Below, one piece after another: positions 18,653 through 28,314 of a stretch of 64,000 nucleotides of DNA. A program made the translations under genes and the position numbers. The stretch is from an uncultured Verrucomicrobiae bacterium (GTDB lineage Bacteria; Verrucomicrobiota; Verrucomicrobiia; Limisphaerales; UBA11358), in assembly GCA_963714695.1 (NCBI GenBank), contig CAVQPQ010000003.1, forward strand, positions 616,866 to 680,865, in the 5' to 3' direction. Position 1 is the first letter of the stretch. Every line of letters begins with the position of its first letter. The notes beneath the pieces were generated by a model that had not been told where the DNA came from, searched no databases, and worked only from the letters and a program-made list of their open reading frames with translations.

Positions 18653-20598
18653 GCGCACCTCGTCTCTTCGTTTGCTGGTGTCCCGGGCGGCAGGATGCCG
18701 CCGGATACGGCAGGCAAGATGCCCGCCGCTACCGCCGCAGGCAAAGTGAACAGGAACTTCGCGCCCTGCCCGGGACCGTCGGATTCCACCCAGATTCGTC
18801 CCTCGTACAACTCCACGATGCGTTTGATCAGCGCCAGCCCCATGCCCATGCCTTCCGTCTTGGGGTTGAGCTTTTCAAACAAGCCGAACACCTTGTCATG
18901 GTAGCGCGGATCTATGCCCGCGCCGTTGTCGCGCACAAAAAACACCGTCTCCGCTCCACGCGGCTCGACGCCAATCTCGACGCGCGGCTTGGGCTGGTCC
19001 CCCACGAACTTGCAGGCGTTCTCCACCAGGTTCTGCCAGATTTCCACCAGACGCGGCCGGTCGCCTTCCAAAACCACGGCGGCATCAGCCACCTGCACCT
19101 CCGCGCTGCTGATGATGATGCGTCCGGCCACCAGCCCGACGGCCTCCCGCGCCAGTTCTTGGAAGGTGACCCGCGCGGGCGGATTGGACTGGCGGCCCAC
19201 GCGCACCAGATTCAGCAGTTCATCGAGCAACTGGCCCATTTTGTCCGCCGCGTTGTGCATGAAGATTAAATCCTGCTTGACCCGTTCCGTGTCCGGCCCG
19301 GCCATATCCTCCTCCAGATAGCCGAGAAAGGTCTTTATCGTCACCAACGGAATTTTCAGGTCATGGGATACGGTGTAGGTGAAGCGTTCCAGCTCGGTGT
19401 TCTTCTCCATCAACCCCCTTTCCTGGCGTTTGCGCTCCGTGATGTCGCGAAAAGTCCAGATCCTTCCGAAATCCTTTCCGGCCTTGTCCCGGACGGGCGA
19501 CGAGTAACGGTCCAGGACCGTTTCATCAATCAAATCAATTTCATCCCGGCTGACTTCGTCGGGATGGGAATAAAGATAGGCGATTTTCCCGGCAAACTCC
19601 CCGGGATTTTTCGCCCGGCTCGTGACAAATCGAACCTGCGCGGCATCATCCTGGTTCCCGGCAAGATGCGGGGGAATTTTCCACAGTTCGTCCAGGCGCT
19701 GGTTCCGGAGGATTTGCTTTCCCTGATTGTCCACCACCAAAATCCCGTCCAGCGCCGAGTCCACTTGCGCTTCCAGCAAAGCGGTTTTCCAGCGTAATTC
19801 TTCCTCCGCCCGTTTGCGCTCCGTGATGTCACGCGCCACTTTCGATACGCCGATGACTTTGCCGCTGGCATCCTTGATCGGTGATACCGTGACCGAGACA
19901 TCAATCAGCCGTCCGTCCTTGGTCTGCCGCACCGTCTCAAAGTGCTCCACATTTTCGCCGCGCCTGATCTTCTCCAGAATTTGATTTTCCTCATCGTGCC
20001 GGTCGGCGGGAATCAGCCGCAGGATGGAAGCCCCCACCATCTCGCTGGCGGCATGGCCGAAAATCTTTTCCGCGCCTTTATTCCAACTGTTGATGATGCC
20101 GTTCAGGTCTTTGCCGATGATGGCGTCGTCTGAAGATTCGATGATCTCAGCCAGCCGGATCGTCGTTTGCTCTGCCTCTTTGCGCACCGTGATGTCGCGG
20201 ATGTTGCATTGAATTACTTTTTTGTTGCCGGCTTGATAGACGTTGCTGACAAACTCCACGGCAATCTTGCGGCCATCCTTCGTTTCCAGCGGCAGGTCTT
20301 CATAGCGCACATACCTGTCCCGTTGGAGCCGCTCCAGCATGGCTTGATTGGACACAATGTCCTTGAACGGACTCAGCTCGCCGACGGTTTTGCCAACCAT
20401 TTCACCGCGGGAAAATCCCAATAGCTTGACCAGGAAAGGGTTCACGTCGTTGATGCGCCCCGTGTCAACGTCCAAAATCAGGATGCCATCCCTCGCCGCT
20501 TCAAACAGCCGGCGATAACTAAGTTCGGAGGCGCGGAGCGCCTGCTCCGTTCGCGCCTCGTTACCGATTATGTTCTCGTTATGATGATCCTCCTTCAC
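18649..20598 (-). CDS. PAS/PAC sensor histidine kinase (3 PAS domains, HisKA, HATPase_c)
   Basis: 649 aa. The first ~270 aa are nearly identical to those of 16182-17822. H-box TVSHDLKIPL. ATPase MGMGLALIK. Confidence 0.9.
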   Translation of the reverse strand: MKEDHHNENIIGNEARTEQALRASELSYRRLFEAARDGILILDVDTGRINDVNPFLVKLLGFSRGEMVGKTVGELSPFKDIVSNQAMLERLQRDRYVRYEDLPLETKDGRKIAVEFVSNVYQAGNKKVIQCNIRDITVRKEAEQTTIRLAEIIESSDDAIIGKDLNGIINSWNKGAEKIFGHAASEMVGASILRLIPADRHDEENQILEKIRRGENVEHFETVRQTKDGRLIDVSVTVSPIKDASGKVIGVSKVARDITERKRAEEELRWKTALLEAQVDSALDGILVVDNQGKQILRNQRLDELWKIPPHLAGNQDDAAQVRFVTSRAKNPGEFAGKIAYLYSHPDEVSRDEIDLIDETVLDRYSSPVRDKAGKDFGRIWTFRDITERKRQERGLMEKNTELERFTYTVSHDLKIPLVTIKTFLGYLEEDMAGPDTERVKQDLIFMHNAADKMGQLLDELLNLVRVGRQSNPPARVTFQELAREAVGLVAGRIIISSAEVQVADAAVVLEGDRPRLVEIWQNLVENACKFVGDQPKPRVEIGVEPRGAETVFFVRDNGAGIDPRYHDKVFGLFEKLNPKTEGMGMGLALIKRIVELYEGRIWVESDGPGQGAKFLFTLPAAVAAGILPAVSGGILPPGTPANEETRCA

Positions 20599-20678
20599 AG
20601 TCCCGCTCCATCATGAGTTTTGGCTTACAAACTTTTTCGTGAATTTTGGCCAGGATAATACGCCGGGAAGCTGGCGGG

Positions 20679-20703
20679 CGATATGGGGTGTTTACCCCAT
20701 GCC
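20679..20703 (-). promoter_or_regulatory. Upstream motif copy 6 (palindromic form)
   Basis: Same sequence as copy 5, displaced by 2776 bp, 81 nt upstream of the start at 20598. Confidence 0.6.
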
Positions 20704-20754
20704 TGGATGGTTGTGAATCCAGCCGCGACCCGGCCCGGAGGTAACGGCGGCCAT

Positions 20755-20840
20755 CCTGGGAGCGCTGGCGTCTCGCCGGCGTGTTTCGTGGCAAAGCATT
20801 TCCCCATCTGCTCGCCGCCGGGACGGCGGCGCTCCCAGGA
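20755..20840. repeat. REP-like hairpin element (cctgggagcgc...gcgctcccagg family)
   Basis: cctgggagcgctggcgtctcgccggc ... gccgggacggcggcgctcccagg forms an inverted repeat. Confidence 0.7.
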
Positions 20841-20842
20841 GG

Positions 20843-21112
20843 TCAACCCGACGTTGAATGTTCGGAGTGACTGTCGTCCGGGCGCAGGAGGTTTTTTACC
20901 GCCGCCAGCAGATCGTCATTGGAAAACGGCCACTGTAGCATGGCGTCGGGTTTTAACCACGGCTTTCGGGCAATTTCATCCAGGGGCAAAGATCTTGTGG
21001 CCATGATGACCGGGATCGCCATGCGCGCGGAACGCAGCTTCTCGATCATTTCCAGGCCGGTCATTTTGGGCATTGTGTTATCAGTGATGGCGAGGTCGTA
21101 GTGGCCGCCGAG
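20843..21112 (-). pseudogene. 5'-truncated receiver-domain remnant (paralog of the orphan response regulators)
   Basis: The frame reads GGHYDLAITDNTMPKMTGLEMIEKLRSARMAIPVIMAT...KPWLKPDAMLQWPFS. The region with the N-terminal acidic pair is absent, and an in-frame stop lies just upstream. Confidence 0.6.
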
Positions 21113-21205
21113 GTAACTGTAGGAGAAGAGGTAACGAGGCTCAAATTTCCATAAAAAGATTCATTTAGTGCCTCCTCACGTCGTCTCCCGCTGTTTTAAC
21201 GGCAG

Positions 21206-21883
21206 CTAAACAATGGTCAACTGGACGCTGTTCTCAATGATTCCCTCGCTGATGGCGTAGCGGGTGAGTCCGGCGGTGTCGTGGACGTCGAGCTTGCTCA
21301 TGACCTTCTCGCGATGTTTCTCGACGGTCTTGATGCTGATGCCCAATTCCGCGGCCGTTTCCTTGTTGGCCTTGCCTTCGGCAATCAGTTGGAGCACCTC
21401 CATCTCGCGCGAGGTCAACCGGGCGGCTTTCTGGTTGAGCCGTCCCGCGCGGTCAGGCGATTTCGGGTTGAGACGATCAAGACGTTTGGCAACCATGGGG
21501 CCGTAAAACGTTTTTCCTTTTTGGACTTCCCGGATCGCATCGCACACCACGTGAGAAGAGTTTTGTTTGAGCAGAAATCCCATGGCGCCGGACTCGGTTG
21601 CGTTTTTGACATACGCGTCATCACTGTGCGCGGAAAGAATGACCACTTTGGTGGCAGGGACGGCTTTGAGCGCCTGGCGGGTGGCTTCCAAACCATTGAG
21701 CAGCGGCATGGCGATATCCATCAGCACCACGGCGGGACGAAGTTTTTTGACCAGGGCGACCGCCTGACGGCCGTCTTGCGCCTCGCCGACCACGTGAATA
21801 TCTTTTTCCAGCTCCAGCATCTTGCGAAATCCCTCGCGCACAATCGTATGGTCTTCTGCCAGCAGGACGGTGATTTTTTTCAT
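21206..21883 (-). CDS. NarL/FixJ-family response regulator (REC plus LuxR HTH)
   Basis: ITVLLAEDHTIVREG...VVLMDIAMPLLNG and LTSREMEVLQLIAEGKANKETAAELGISIKTVEKHR. Confidence 0.9.
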   Translation of the reverse strand: MKKITVLLAEDHTIVREGFRKMLELEKDIHVVGEAQDGRQAVALVKKLRPAVVLMDIAMPLLNGLEATRQALKAVPATKVVILSAHSDDAYVKNATESGAMGFLLKQNSSHVVCDAIREVQKGKTFYGPMVAKRLDRLNPKSPDRAGRLNQKAARLTSREMEVLQLIAEGKANKETAAELGISIKTVEKHREKVMSKLDVHDTAGLTRYAISEGIIENSVQLTIV

Positions 21884-22023
21884 AGAAATTCAGGGATTAA
21901 CTGAGATTAAGATTAAGCATACGATTAAGATTACAATTTGGGGGGAATACCTGCGGTTTCTTAATCTTAATCCTGCTCATAATCGTAATCCAAATCAGTT
22001 CTGTTTGGTTCCAGCTGGCTCCA

Positions 22024-23178
22024 TCAGCGGGTTTTAGCCCCCTCCGCGCGGCCATTGCCGGGCGGAATTTGCGCAAAAATGGTCGTGCCTTTGCCGGGTG
22101 CGGATTCGACAGTGAATTTGCCGCCGACCATCTCCAATCGTTCCCTCATCCCGAGCAGCCCGAGGCGTTTGCCGCCATTGGCGTGCAAGGTGCGTTCCAC
22201 GTTAAAGGATTTGCCGTCGTCTTTGATTTTCAGGCCAATGCCACCCGGCAGTTTCTGGATGGTCACTTCCACCCGGCTGGCCCGGGCATGGCGGGCCACA
22301 TTGGTGAGCGCCTCCTGGGCGACGCGAAAGAGCACCGTTCGTTTGGCCGCGTCCAATCGTTCCACCGCCGCGAAGGCCGTCAAATGAACACGCACGCCCG
22401 TCCGCGCGGTAAAGCTTTTCATGAACGAATGCAGGGCGGGAATCAACCCCAGGTCGTCCAGCACCGTCGGGCGCAGTTCCCGGGCGAACCGGTGCACGAT
22501 GTCCACCGATTTTTCCACGAGCCGCTGGGTGCTGGAGATTTTTTTCTGGAGGCCCTTGTGGTTGAGCGTGGATTCGTTTTTCAAGGAAGCCAGCCGGATA
22601 TTGATGCCTGTCAAGGTCTGGGCGATTTGATCATGCAGTTCGCGGCTGATCATCTTGCGCTCTTCCTCCTGGGCCGACAGCAGCTGGCGGGACAGCAGCC
22701 GCAATTGTTCCTGCATGTGCCGCGACTGCTCCAGCAACTGGCTGTAGTGTTGCTCGCTCTTTCGGAGGGACTCCTCCACCAATTTGCGCTGGAGAATCTC
22801 CCGTTGCAAGTGCCGGTTTGAGGCGATCAGATCCAAGCTGCGCTGGATGAGCGACTGATTTAGTTGTACCAGTTGGTCATTGTCCTCCCGGGCCGCGCGA
22901 TGCGTTTTCTCGATGGGAGTAATGGCCTCGGCAAAAAAAGTCCCCGCCCGCCGGATCATCCGTTTCCGGGTGCCGGGCGAATGGCCCGGCAATATCAGGG
23001 TGGTCAGCGCCTGCTCATGGAACCGGGCGAGATCCAGCGTCTCCAAACCCAGGTCCATGGCCCGGCGTCCCAGCCCCTGCGCCGTCCCGCGCGGCGGGTT
23101 CGCCTGTGGACCTTCTTTCAGGTGTTTGCGCAGCGCCGCGACATATCGTTGCGCCAGCCCGTTTAGTTTACGTGCCAT
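22024..23178 (-). CDS. Sensor histidine kinase, HisKA_3 (NarX/DegS-like) plus HATPase_c
   Basis: H-box ISRELHDQIAQTL. ATPase KDDGKSF...GLLGMRERLEMVGG. The start at 23178 is chosen by alignment with the upstream paralog. A GTG at 23220 is an alternative. Confidence 0.85.
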   Translation of the reverse strand: MARKLNGLAQRYVAALRKHLKEGPQANPPRGTAQGLGRRAMDLGLETLDLARFHEQALTTLILPGHSPGTRKRMIRRAGTFFAEAITPIEKTHRAAREDNDQLVQLNQSLIQRSLDLIASNRHLQREILQRKLVEESLRKSEQHYSQLLEQSRHMQEQLRLLSRQLLSAQEEERKMISRELHDQIAQTLTGINIRLASLKNESTLNHKGLQKKISSTQRLVEKSVDIVHRFARELRPTVLDDLGLIPALHSFMKSFTARTGVRVHLTAFAAVERLDAAKRTVLFRVAQEALTNVARHARASRVEVTIQKLPGGIGLKIKDDGKSFNVERTLHANGGKRLGLLGMRERLEMVGGKFTVESAPGKGTTIFAQIPPGNGRAEGAKTR

Positions 23179-23191
23179 TTTAGGTGCTGCT

Positions 23192-23905
23192 TTACGTCCT
23201 ATTGTGAATTCCGAATTCACGAGCGAACCGTTTTATGCTTTTTACTGATTTATCCACCAGTCGCTGCGTGCTGACAATCTCTTTCTTGAGGCCGCTGGCG
23301 TTGATCGCGGCCTCCTTTTTCAACGTCAACAGGCGGACATTGATGCCCAGCAACGTCTGGGCAATCTCATCATGCAGGTCGCGGCTGATTTTCTTTCGTT
23401 TGTCCTCCTGCGCCGACAGAATCTGGTGCGTCAGGCGCTGCAAATGTTTTTGCAGGTGAAGTGATTCTTTCAACAGTTTCCGGGAGTGTTCCCCGCTTTT
23501 CTTGAGGGCCTGCTCCACGGACTTGCGCTGAGCGACGTCCTGCTTCAGGGAACGATGGGAGGCCACCAGGTCCGCCGTGCGCCGGCCCAGCGTCCGGTTC
23601 AGCCGGCTCAAGCGAACGTTGGCCTCGAGTGCGGCGCAATGCGTTTCTTCAATCGGAGTGATTGCCTCGGTAAAAAAAATCTCCGCCCGCCTGATGATCC
23701 CATCTTTGCTGCGGGAGGCTTCCAGCGTGGCGAGCGCGTCCTCGTGAATCCTGGCCACGTCCAATGTTTCCAGATTGAGATCCGCGGCCTGGCGTCCCAG
23801 CGCCAGCGCCGTCCCGCACGGCGGTTTCGCCCGCGAACCTTGCTTCAGGTGTTTTCGCAAGGCTGTCGCATATCGTTGCGACAACGCGGTCAACTTTCGT
23901 TTCAT
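23192..23905 (-). CDS. Kinase paralog retaining the N-terminal domain and HisKA_3 H-box but lacking HATPase_c
   Basis: Colinear with 22024-23178 up to ...VKSIKRFARE, including ISRDLHDEIAQTL. It then diverges (FGIHNRT) and stops 13 nt before the next start codon. Confidence 0.6.
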   Translation of the reverse strand: MKRKLTALSQRYATALRKHLKQGSRAKPPCGTALALGRQAADLNLETLDVARIHEDALATLEASRSKDGIIRRAEIFFTEAITPIEETHCAALEANVRLSRLNRTLGRRTADLVASHRSLKQDVAQRKSVEQALKKSGEHSRKLLKESLHLQKHLQRLTHQILSAQEDKRKKISRDLHDEIAQTLLGINVRLLTLKKEAAINASGLKKEIVSTQRLVDKSVKSIKRFAREFGIHNRT

Positions 23906-24004
23906 GTTGTATGCCGGATTCAAGCGCGGCATCACCGGGATGCATTGATCCCTCAACGGCGCGCCGCCAATCCAACACCACTATCAGGCACCGGCTTCAA
24001 TCTG

Positions 24005-24028
24005 TATATGGGGTGAACACCCCATAGC
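24005..24028 (+). promoter_or_regulatory. Upstream motif copy 7 (most symmetric: TATGGGGTG-aa-CACCCCATA)
   Basis: Lies in a divergent intergenic region, 84 nt upstream of the plus-strand start at 24112 and 100 nt upstream of the minus-strand start at 23905. Confidence 0.6.
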
Positions 24029-24111
24029 AAATGGCCGGGCTGGCGCGTAACCTGCCCTGCCAACAAATGGAAAACCGGAATGCCGACACGTAGCGCAATG
24101 CCTCAACCAGG

Positions 24112-24579
24112 ATGAGCGAACATCAAAAACATACGGAGTTTCTGCGGCATTGCCTTCGCTACGGCGACAGCGCCGAGCACCAGGAGCTGGAGAAAGAGAT
24201 CACGCGGATTCAGCGCGACGAGCACTGTGTGCAACGCGCGGTGTGGCTCATGGCCATCTTGACTGCGCTCGCGGTGGCCGGCCTGGGCTATCCAGCGATC
24301 CTGGTGGAGAATTTTCCTTACAGCGCCCCGCAATTCATCGTAAACCTCGTTTGTGTGCTCGGTCTGGCATCGCTGCTTTGTCTGCTGGTTTTTATGGGCC
24401 TCGGGATGGTTTATCGCAGAATGCTGGACCAGCGGCGGGAGAAATCTCGTCAGTTGGTCACGAAGCTGCTGGCGTCCCGCCTGGGCAAGCAGGCTGCCAC
24501 ACCCTTGCAAGACAATCGTGCCGGCGCGGGAGATGGCAAAATCGTCCGGGTCGCCAATGAGTCAATGGTTCTCCAGTAA
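24112..24579 (+). CDS. Hypothetical membrane protein
   Basis: 155 aa with two clear hydrophobic helices (AVWLMAILTALAVAGLG, IVNLVCVLGLASLLCLLVFMGLG). It directly precedes the ATPase gene. Confidence 0.55.
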   Translation: MSEHQKHTEFLRHCLRYGDSAEHQELEKEITRIQRDEHCVQRAVWLMAILTALAVAGLGYPAILVENFPYSAPQFIVNLVCVLGLASLLCLLVFMGLGMVYRRMLDQRREKSRQLVTKLLASRLGKQAATPLQDNRAGAGDGKIVRVANESMVLQ

Positions 24580-24650
24580 AGATTGAATCGGTCGCATGTC
24601 CGGCTCATGGCCGGCGAACAGGTCCGAAAGAAACAAGAAACTATCCGCAC

Positions 24651-27021
24651 ATGGTCATGCCGCTTGCTCCACCCCTTGCTGCGCCTGCCGCGGTTGCTGC
24701 GGCCAGCGATTCGCCTGACGGTCTCACGAGCGATGAGGCCCGCCGCCGGTTGGACCAGTTCGGTCCCAACTCCATGCCCGATACGTCCTCGCATCCGGCG
24801 CGAAGGGCGATTGAAAAACTGTGGGCGCCCATCCCCTGGATGTTGGAAGCGGCGATCGTGCTGGAGTTGGTGCTCGGCAAGTGCGTTGAAGCCGGGATTA
24901 TCGCGGTGCTTTTGTTGTTCAACGCCGCGCTTGGATTTTTTCAGGAGGGGCATGCCCAAGCAACGCTCGCCGCCCTGAAAAAACGGCTGGCGATGACCGC
25001 CTCGGTCCGTCGCGACGGCGCGTGGAAGAATCTCCCGGCCGCCGGCCTGGCGCCGGGGGACATCGTGAAGCTGTCACTCGGTGGCGTCGTCGCTGCGGAC
25101 GTGAAGCTGATCGAGGGAAACGTCCTGCTCGATCAATCCATGCTCACCGGTGAATCAATCGGCGCCGAAGCGGGCCCGGAGTTCCAAACTTTTGCCGGGG
25201 CATTGGTGCGCCGAGGCGAGGCGGTCGCCAGAGTTACGGCGACGGGAATCCACACGAAGTTCGGTCGCACGGCCGAGTTGGTCCGCACGGCCCATGTCGT
25301 CAGTTCGCAGCAAAAGGCCGTGTTGCGCGTGGTGCGCAATCTCGCGGTGTTCAACGGCTTCCTGATAATCATTCTCGTGGCGTATGCCCTGGGCCATGCG
25401 ATGCCGGGGCGCGAGATCATCCCTTTGGTTTTAACGGCGATTCTGGCATCCATTCCCGTTGCGCTGCCGGCCACGTTCACGCTGGCAGGCGCGCTGGGGG
25501 CGCGTGCATTGGCGCGTCAGGGCGTCTTGCCCACACGCCTCTCGGCCGTGGACGAAGCGGCGTCAATTGATGTGCTATGCGCCGACAAGACCGGGACGCT
25601 CACTCGCAATCAGCTTTCAGTAACCTTGGTTCGCCCGATGCCGGGCTTTGACGAGTCGCACGTTTTGACGATGGCGGCGCTCGCCAGCTCCGACGGTGGA
25701 CAGGATCCCGTAGATGGTGCCATTCGTTCCGCCGCCGCGCGGAAAGTCGCTGTCAATCCGCCCAAACTCCTTCACTTCGTGCCGTTCGATCCCGCGACGA
25801 AAATGTCCGAGGCGACGGCGACTGATCCAAGCCTTGGAACCGTGCGCATCATCAAGGGTGCCTTCACCGCCGTCGGCCCGCTCGCGGCTCCTTCACCCAT
25901 CGCGACGGCGGCAGCGAACGAACTGGAAACAAAAGGTTTTCGCGTGCTGGCGGTCGTGGCGGGACCGCCTGCGGCGATGCAGTTGCTGGGATTGATCGCG
26001 CTTGGCGACCCGGCCCGCGAAGATTCCGCCGCCCTGGTCACGGAACTGAAATCACTCGGCATCCGCACGGTGATGGTGACCGGCGATGCTCCAGCAACGG
26101 CGGCAATTGTAGCTCATGCCGTCGGTCTGGATGGCGCGGTGTGTCCACCCGGACCGTTACCAGAACAAAGTCCGTCCTGAAGATTTCGTCGTGTTTGCCG
26201 GCGTCCTGCCCGAAGACAAATTCAAACTGGTGAAAGCGTTTCAACAAACGGGCAACATCGTCGGCATGTGCGGCGACGGCGCCAACGACGCGCCCGCGCT
26301 GCGCCAGGCGCAAATGGGAATCGCGGTTTCGACGGCAACCGATGTCGCCAAGTCCGCCGCCGGCATGGTGCTCATCAATCCCGGACTTGCCGGCATTGTT
26401 TCCGCCGTCAAGGAAGGACGCATCACGTTCCAGCGCATTCTGACGTACACGCTGAATTCCGTGACCAAGAAGATAGTGCAGGTGCTGTTCCTGGGCGTCG
26501 GCCTCATTATGACCGGGCACGCGATTCTCACTCCCATGCTGATGATCATCGTGATGATGGCGGGTGATTTGCTCGGCATGTCGTTGACCACCGACAATGT
26601 CCGGCCTTCCTTGCTGCCAAATAATTGGCGCATCGGCGCCCTGACCATCGCGGGCATTTTCATGGGTGTTTCCGAACTCGCGTTCTGCGGCGGCGCGCTC
26701 GCCTTCGGACATTTCCGCATGGGCCTGGGCATCGCCACTTTGCAGACGCTGGCGTTCTTCGTCCTGGTTTGCGGAAACCAGGCAACCATGTATGCGGTGC
26801 GCGCCCGCGGGCGAATTTGGTCATCGCCCCGTCCCAGCCGCTGGCTCGTCTTGTCTTCCGTCACCGATCTGGGGATCGCCTTGACACTGGCCGGCTGCGG
26901 CTGGCTCATGCTGCCGCTGCCGTTCTGGGTGTTGGGCAGCGTGTTAGTCGGGGCTTTTGCCTTCGCCTTCGTCTTGGATTTGGCGAAGGTTTCAGTATTT
27001 AGTCGCTTAAAGATCACATAA
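24651..27021 (+). pseudogene. P-type ATPase (type III H+-ATPase-like) split by a +1 frame change near 26140-26175
   Basis: First frame: TGES, CADKTGTLT, MVTGD. Second frame: FAGVLPEDKF, GMCGDGANDAPAL and the C-terminal TM helices. The two ORFs overlap at 26116-26180. Confidence 0.8.
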
Positions 27022-27183
27022 AGCTGAATCAACTTGCGGGCGGGCGCCTTCGATGATGCCCGGTAGCAGCCCGTTAAAAAAGTAGGAGCCGACGTGAGGA
27101 GGCTTTGAACCAACGCCCATGGCCGGAGGAATTTGAGCCTCGTTACCTCGGCTCCTGCAAGATAACGAATTTTTGAACGGGCC

Positions 27184-27204
27184 GGTAGGGTTACACCCCA
27201 TAGC
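27184..27204 (+). promoter_or_regulatory. Upstream motif copy 8
   Basis: ggtagggttacaccccatagc followed by gcccgcaag, as in copy 3. Confidence 0.6.
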
Positions 27205-27224
27205 GCCCGCAAGATGGTCAGGCA

Positions 27225-27407
27225 ATGCTCTGGGCCGTGGAAAATAAAACCTGGCTCACCGAAGTGGAAGTTGCGGCTTGCATTATGGCGGTGGCAATGA
27301 CCGCGTTCACTTTAATGGTTGCTCATGCCCTGTGGAAGAGCCTAGCCGGCGACAACGATAAGAACACTTTTGCCGTCAGGTTGGCGGCGAACCAAAACAA
27401 AAAATAA
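27225..27407 (+). CDS. Possible small membrane protein
   Basis: 60-aa ORF with one hydrophobic helix, 21 nt downstream of motif copy 8 and upstream of the CsbD-family gene. No homology support. Confidence 0.3.
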   Translation: MLWAVENKTWLTEVEVAACIMAVAMTAFTLMVAHALWKSLAGDNDKNTFAVRLAANQNKK

Positions 27408-27428
27408 CAAATCACGAACTATTATATT

Positions 27429-27635
27429 ATGACCACACTCGAAATCAAAGGCGACTGGAACATCACCAAGGGCAAGCTGAAACAAAAATGGGCCAAGCTT
27501 ACTGATAATGATCTCCGTTACACCGAAGGCCGGCAGGAAGAACTGGTTGGCCGGATTCAAAAGCTCACCGGCGAAACCCGTGAAGTGGTCGAAAACGCGA
27601 TCAAGGAATCTTGCTCCCCCTGTTGCTGCAAATAG
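27429..27635 (+). CDS. CsbD family general stress protein
   Basis: EIKGDWNITKGKLKQKWAKLTDNDLRYTEGRQEELVGRIQKLTGETRE matches the CsbD pattern. Confidence 0.85.
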   Translation: MTTLEIKGDWNITKGKLKQKWAKLTDNDLRYTEGRQEELVGRIQKLTGETREVVENAIKESCSPCCCK

Positions 27636-28070
27636 GCTGTCAATGCGCGGGCGGCAGGCAGGGCGGCGCCGCCGCGCCGGCGGGCATGATGGCGCCTGCG
27701 AACCACGCTTTGAAATCCAGCCGCTCATTGACTCCGGGCGGCTGGCGCATTTTTCGGGGAAAATTCTCATGCGTCGGAGCGCCAGTCGCCTCGTTTCTCC
27801 GGCCAACAACACGGCCTTCGCGCGGGCGTTCCGACCGGTGAAAATAAAACCAGGCTTTGATTTCCGGACAGCATCCGCTATAATTGTTTCATCGCTGGCA
27901 TTTGAAGTGGGGCAGCAGACACACCCGGATGATGGGCTGCCAGCGTCTCCAAGTTGCCCGTCGTCCCCTTCTGAGCGCCGCGGTGGCCGGCGTTTTGTCT
28001 GTCGCCACCTTCTTTTCCAAAACCATTCCCGTGCTTGTCGGCGATGCCGGCTTGGTGCTAACGTCTCGCC

Positions 28071-28259
28071 ATGCCGACGCTGGAACTCAAGCCAACGCAC
28101 AAAGTTGTCACCGCCTATTACGACAACTTGGCGAAATTCGCCAAACTCGGCATCAAGCACAAAACCGCCGTCCGCTCCGCGTTTCAGGAATTGCTGGAAC
28201 ACTGCGCCCGCCAGTTCGATTGGAAACTCGTTCCCGAATACGCCATCAAACGCAAAGGC
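28071..28259 (+). pseudogene. N-terminal remnant resembling the start of large restriction-modification methylase/helicase fusion proteins
   Basis: MPTLELKPTHKVVTAYYDNLAKFAKLGIKHKTAVRSAFQELLEHCARQFDWKLVPEY is recalled by eye from such enzymes. After ~63 aa the ORF runs into simple repeats. Confidence 0.35.
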
Positions 28260-28314
28260 CTGCAGGAATCGCCGACGCTGCGAGCAGCCCGGTCACCAGC
28301 CAGGAAACCGCCCA

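Noticed and set aside
17863-19269. 468-aa plus-strand ORF
   Set aside because: It spans an intergenic repeat, the antisense of the Cys-rich protein gene and the antisense of a kinase gene. It has no domain signatures.
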